In this document: one piece after another, positions 60,290 through 64,000 of the stretch
Position numbering within the stretch: position 1 is the first letter of the stretch
Layout of the letters: each line of letters begins with the position of its first letter
Assembly (NCBI GenBank): GCA_040217195.1
Contig: JAVJNR010000003.1
Coordinates: forward strand, 224,001 to 288,000
Reading direction: 5' to 3'
Source: Leptospiraceae bacterium
GTDB lineage: Bacteria; Spirochaetota; Leptospiria; Leptospirales; Leptonemataceae
Length of the DNA stretch: 64,000 nt
Made by a program: the position numbers and the translations under genes
The notes under the pieces: model-generated
Told to the model about the DNA's origin: nothing
The model's input: the letters and a program-made list of their open reading frames with translations, nothing else
Databases searched by the model: none

Positions 60290-61306
60290 TCAGGGCTCCA
60301 AATTGGACCAACTGGCTTGCTTATTACGAAAATGAAAGTTTTCTTTAGTAGGCCGGTACATTTCGCTGCTTTCGGCCGGAGCCGCCACCAGTAGCACGCG
60401 GATTTCCGTGCCGCTCCGCCGCCCGTCCATTGGTTTCTCCCGGTCGTTCAAGAGCCTGACCCTTGGCCCACTTATTCTATCAGCAGGGATTCCCCGTCGC
60501 ATCATTTCCGAGGCAATATTGTTAGCCATATCTCGGGCCAGTTCAACATCACTTATATGCATGGCTACAATATGGATTCGGGCATTTTCCGGAGCGTACC
60601 GTAGAAAACCAATAGAGCGCGTGGCGATATAGTCACGCCATAAATGAACAAACTTCCCGAGGTTTCGGGCGCGAGTGTCGTTCGGATAGAAAAACAATCT
60701 GGAAATGATTTTGTGCTGCTCCATACGCAAGCGCATATTGTCCTTCAAAGTAGTCTCGCCGATCATTGTATAGTGGACAAGAGCATAGGGAATCATCGCC
60801 GTTTTTACAACGTCGTGTATTGCATAGAAAGGCACACGCGGAATCAACGAAAATGGGTAGATAAACAAACGGTTCACAGTATCCCTGATGATGAGCGTAT
60901 CCTCCACTCGCACTCCGTCCACTCGGTCAACGTTCAGGGACCGATAACTGAATAGCACTTCTACCAGGCCGTCATCTTTGCCGGTGAAGTAGGCTTTTCC
61001 GGAGGGAGGAACCACTCCTTCGCCTGCATAATACCAGCCACCGCCCTCGGCCTGGTAGCAGCGTTCCGGATACCGCAAGCCTCCCTGCGGATTAAAGATC
61101 AACTCCGGTAGACGGAAGTGCAAATATAGCCAGTGCCGGTCCTCCAGTGTTTCGCAACTGCTGGATACGATGGCTCGATCAAAACCGGACTTGCCCCTGT
61201 ACCACTGGCCGAAAGAAGCATGATGCTCGAATTGGAACGGAGAACAGGCCGGCAGAAAAACAACTCCAGCAAGAACCATAGTAAGGATTATTTTCCGATT
61301 TTGCAT
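60290..61306 (-). CDS. hypothetical lipoprotein, possible OmpA-like C-terminus
   Basis: VFLPAC lipobox; RRGIPADRI. Confidence 0.7.
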   Translation of the reverse strand: MQNRKIILTMVLAGVVFLPACSPFQFEHHASFGQWYRGKSGFDRAIVSSSCETLEDRHWLYLHFRLPELIFNPQGGLRYPERCYQAEGGGWYYAGEGVVPPSGKAYFTGKDDGLVEVLFSYRSLNVDRVDGVRVEDTLIIRDTVNRLFIYPFSLIPRVPFYAIHDVVKTAMIPYALVHYTMIGETTLKDNMRLRMEQHKIISRLFFYPNDTRARNLGKFVHLWRDYIATRSIGFLRYAPENARIHIVAMHISDVELARDMANNIASEMMRRGIPADRISGPRVRLLNDREKPMDGRRSGTEIRVLLVAAPAESSEMYRPTKENFHFRNKQASWSNLEP

Positions 61307-61546
61307 ACAGGCGCTCCCAGGTTTCGAGAATAGACCATAGGCATTGAATATCTGAAAAGCAGTATTTTCCCTTTTTTCACCGGAGTTAGACCCATATCGC
61401 TTGAAGGTCCCAGGGCTCCCATCATAGGAAGGGTTACTTCCAGAAATCCACGTAGTTTGCCCCGGGAATCGAAAGGCTTCTACAGTTTATCCGGCAGTAT
61501 ACTATTTCGGTGTTGACCCTCCCCCAGGGCCCACTCCACTCCAACA

Positions 61547-61954
61547 ATGGCGCGATTCGCAAAATACTTCTTTGCCTGCTGCGCCGTGGTGGCCGTCTTT
61601 CTACTGCTTGAATTCTGCAAGGTCTACATAACCGAAACAATTTACAATCGCTGCATTCGTTCGGACTACCCCATGCCTTCCGCCGCGGCAGATCTTACCG
61701 GCCTGGCCGAAGTCTTTCTTTATTTTGGATTACGGCCCATCGCCGGAACAATACTCATCGCGCCATTGCTCATGCTCGTTCTATACAATAGGCTAAGTGC
61801 GCAAACAGGATTCCTGGTTTTTGCTTCCTACCAGACGATCACCGCATTGATTCTACTAACGCAGTTAGGTTTTCGCGGAGGGATTCATTTCGCCTTTGAT
61901 CTGGTTGTATTGGTGATGGTGTGGCTTATCGCGCTGTCAGGACAGACGCTCTAG
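61547..61954 (+). CDS. hypothetical membrane protein
   Basis: Four hydrophobic segments. Confidence 0.6.
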   Translation: MARFAKYFFACCAVVAVFLLLEFCKVYITETIYNRCIRSDYPMPSAAADLTGLAEVFLYFGLRPIAGTILIAPLLMLVLYNRLSAQTGFLVFASYQTITALILLTQLGFRGGIHFAFDLVVLVMVWLIALSGQTL

Positions 61955-62389
61955 TCTGTTCCTTGTGGGTCGCTCTGACGCTCTATGGATGTTTCGAATT
62001 CATATATCAGATTCCGGTATTCTTCTAGAATCTGGACTTTGGCCATCACCTGCATGTCATCGACTCGCGCGGATTCATTCAGTTCCGAGAGCCATCTTTC
62101 GCTATTCAGATCGCCGGTCGTTCGCCTCGTCCGCTCACGACTTCCCTGACTCCCTTTGGATAGAAAGTGGATGAACTGCTTTGCAGTTCTCGGATTACAC
62201 TACCGCCTTGCAGTTGAACGCAGCGCTCGTTCTGGAGAATGGGAATTAGCTCAGATTATACGATGCGCGACATGAGCAAGAGCGCATACGCAAAGATCGT
62301 ATTTGCCACACTACGGGCTTTAAGGCGAACCTTCGGGGCGCATTTGCTCGCTCAGATGACATTGAGGCGAACCTCCGCCAAGTAATCCC

Positions 62390-62629
62390 CTACCCGTTCT
62401 GCTCGCCCATCTCACCTATCTGCCGATTCAATATTTGAGCCAACCCCGCCGCTGCTTCAGGACTCATTCGAATATTCATCCCACCTTTAACGAGCCCGTC
62501 TGAATCCACCAGCAGGTGACGAATCTCTACTTCGAAATTTGTACCGCCCACCTGCACTCTATTTGAATAGAATTCGCCCAGTTGCATGTCCTGTCCGCTG
62601 GCGTCTTTGGGAAACCATATCTGGTTCAC
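62390..62629 (-). CDS. small hypothetical protein
   Basis: 79 aa ORF starting 1 nt after the upstream stop. Confidence 0.55.
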   Translation of the reverse strand: MNQIWFPKDASGQDMQLGEFYSNRVQVGGTNFEVEIRHLLVDSDGLVKGGMNIRMSPEAAAGLAQILNRQIGEMGEQNG

Positions 62630-62630
62630 T

Positions 62631-63227
62631 TCATTCTTTTTCGTATTGATCTTGGTCTCTCTTTCTCATGTTTTCTTCTGCGCGTTTCTGCGCCGCGTTT
62701 AATAATGCCCAATCAGGTTCTTTTTTCCAGAGATCCTTCTTCTCTGGATAAGAGCCCAGGTCCAAGACTTCTAGATTCGGTGTCTTAGAAAGAATGAGCT
62801 CCACTAGTTCACCTGCACGATCCATTTTCAAAGCAAACTGAAAGCTACCACCGGGGGATTTCACCTGCAAAATGACACCCATTGTAAATCGGACCCGATG
62901 CAAAGAGGACACTTCAGGGAGACTCAACTCTACTGCGCTAGAAAATGGTGCCTTCGCCCATATTGTGTTGCCCTTGATTGTAACGACATTTGACAAGCGC
63001 CAAAACCAAGTAAGGTACTCATAATGAACATATAGACCGGCACCGCCCATGCCAAGCCCAATCAATGTATATTGCGAAAACCCATTCTCTATTGCATCGT
63101 TGATTGCGGCTGCAATCATCCCACCGAACGCGATGGTGAAAACGACCAGAGCGGGCGAAAGCAGCGCCAGCATCCAGGGTACAAGAAAAATATTCTTGAA
63201 TTCCTTACCCTCCTCACTGGTAGTCAT
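62631..63227 (-). CDS. hypothetical membrane protein (2 TM plus soluble domain)
   Basis: GGAGG RBS; overlaps the upstream stop. Confidence 0.7.
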   Translation of the reverse strand: MTTSEEGKEFKNIFLVPWMLALLSPALVVFTIAFGGMIAAAINDAIENGFSQYTLIGLGMGGAGLYVHYEYLTWFWRLSNVVTIKGNTIWAKAPFSSAVELSLPEVSSLHRVRFTMGVILQVKSPGGSFQFALKMDRAGELVELILSKTPNLEVLDLGSYPEKKDLWKKEPDWALLNAAQKRAEENMRKRDQDQYEKE

Positions 63228-63998
63228 CGGTTACCTCCCAGGAGAATTGATAGGGCAAAATAGTCAGGGGCGCAGCCGTGGACCTCAAGAACAACAGCTG
63301 ACCGGGTGTGCTGCCGGGCATGGAGTTGACCCCTCCGGTTATGTAGCGACCGAATCCATGCAGATAGGCACCCCCGAGGCCTGTGAGTAGAGCAGAAGTT
63401 CCACGGTCCTGCCAGTTGCCCGTAAGACCATGCTCGGGTATTCCACTAGAATAATCTACAAGACCATAATAAAGCCCCGTTATCCCCAGCTGAAGTGGGG
63501 TAGAAAATCTGGAATTTCCAACACCGCTCGGCACCAGACCGAGGCCCATACCGCGCATATAAGAACCGGGTATATCGCTGAATCCATAGGATTCGCCCTG
63601 CCTCAGGGAGCGAAATGCTTCCATCGGAACAATCACCAGACCAGTAACGTTGACATCAATCGCAGTTTGAGCCATGGCACGCCCCGTAGTCGTGTTTCGA
63701 AAGAAGTTACCCACTTTGGTACCGGACAATAGAGGGGCTCCATTCTTTCCAAGAGGTAGCAACCTGGGTAGCTTAGTTGCAAGTGAATTCGTAGCCCAGC
63801 TTCCTGTGGAAAAAAGCAAACTCTCCCCAAGAAGATAATTCGAAAGGGCAATAGCTTCGGGGTTTCTATGTTTTTGCTCCCCTGCCAGACCGCCTGATCT
63901 GCATGATGGTCCGCGATTCGCTGCCCCCAGAGCTCCTGAGCCGCCTGTATCTCCGCTTCCTCGGCGCTCTTTTCAGCATTCCAGCGAGTGAGAAAGAC
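63214..63998 (-). pseudogene. 3' end of a larger Gly-rich hydrophobic protein, apparently frameshifted near 63860-63880
   Basis: The 63214-63819 frame has a stop near 63974. A different frame reads protein-like (VFLTRWNAEKSAEEAEIQAAQELWGQRIADHH) from the window edge. Confidence 0.45.
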
Positions 63999-64000
63999 GT

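Noticed and set aside
52773..62389. Integron cassette array (attC sites)
   Set aside because: Genes are in mixed orientation, and no repeated RYYYAAC...GTTRRRY paired sites or intI were found.

Overview
Gene-dense bacterial chromosomal window of about 50% GC, probably a Leptospiraceae-like spirochaete. That taxonomy is inferred from DUF1554 lipoproteins, 7TM-DISM adenylate cyclases and spirochaete-type lipoboxes, not proven. It carries housekeeping/accessory genes (sbcDC, leuCD, tandem MGS-domain protein, desaturase, NRAMP-like transporter, pirin, hexaheme cytochrome c) and several regulator/target pairs with visible operators (two TetR, a ZntR-like MerR, a YafY/WYL). A tRNA-Asn(GTT) lies at 50347-50419, followed by a variable region with orphan lipoproteins and gene remnants. 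The most unusual signal is non-coding. A five-unit, 63-66 nt periodic array (50418-50745) is fused to the tRNA 3' end: each conserved 11-nt linker TTGCTDTGAAY alternates with hairpins whose sequences differ but whose pairing is preserved, and the array abuts a convergent WYL-domain regulator. Other candidates are a leader-peptide (MTHLATL) attenuator before an RNHCP gene, a coupled pseudo-helicase/pseudo-peptidase pair at the left edge, and a ZntR-type promoter driving an uncharacterised His-containing membrane protein. No CRISPR-cas, integrase, transposase or reverse transcriptase was recognised. All family calls come from motif recognition by eye; no database searches were run.
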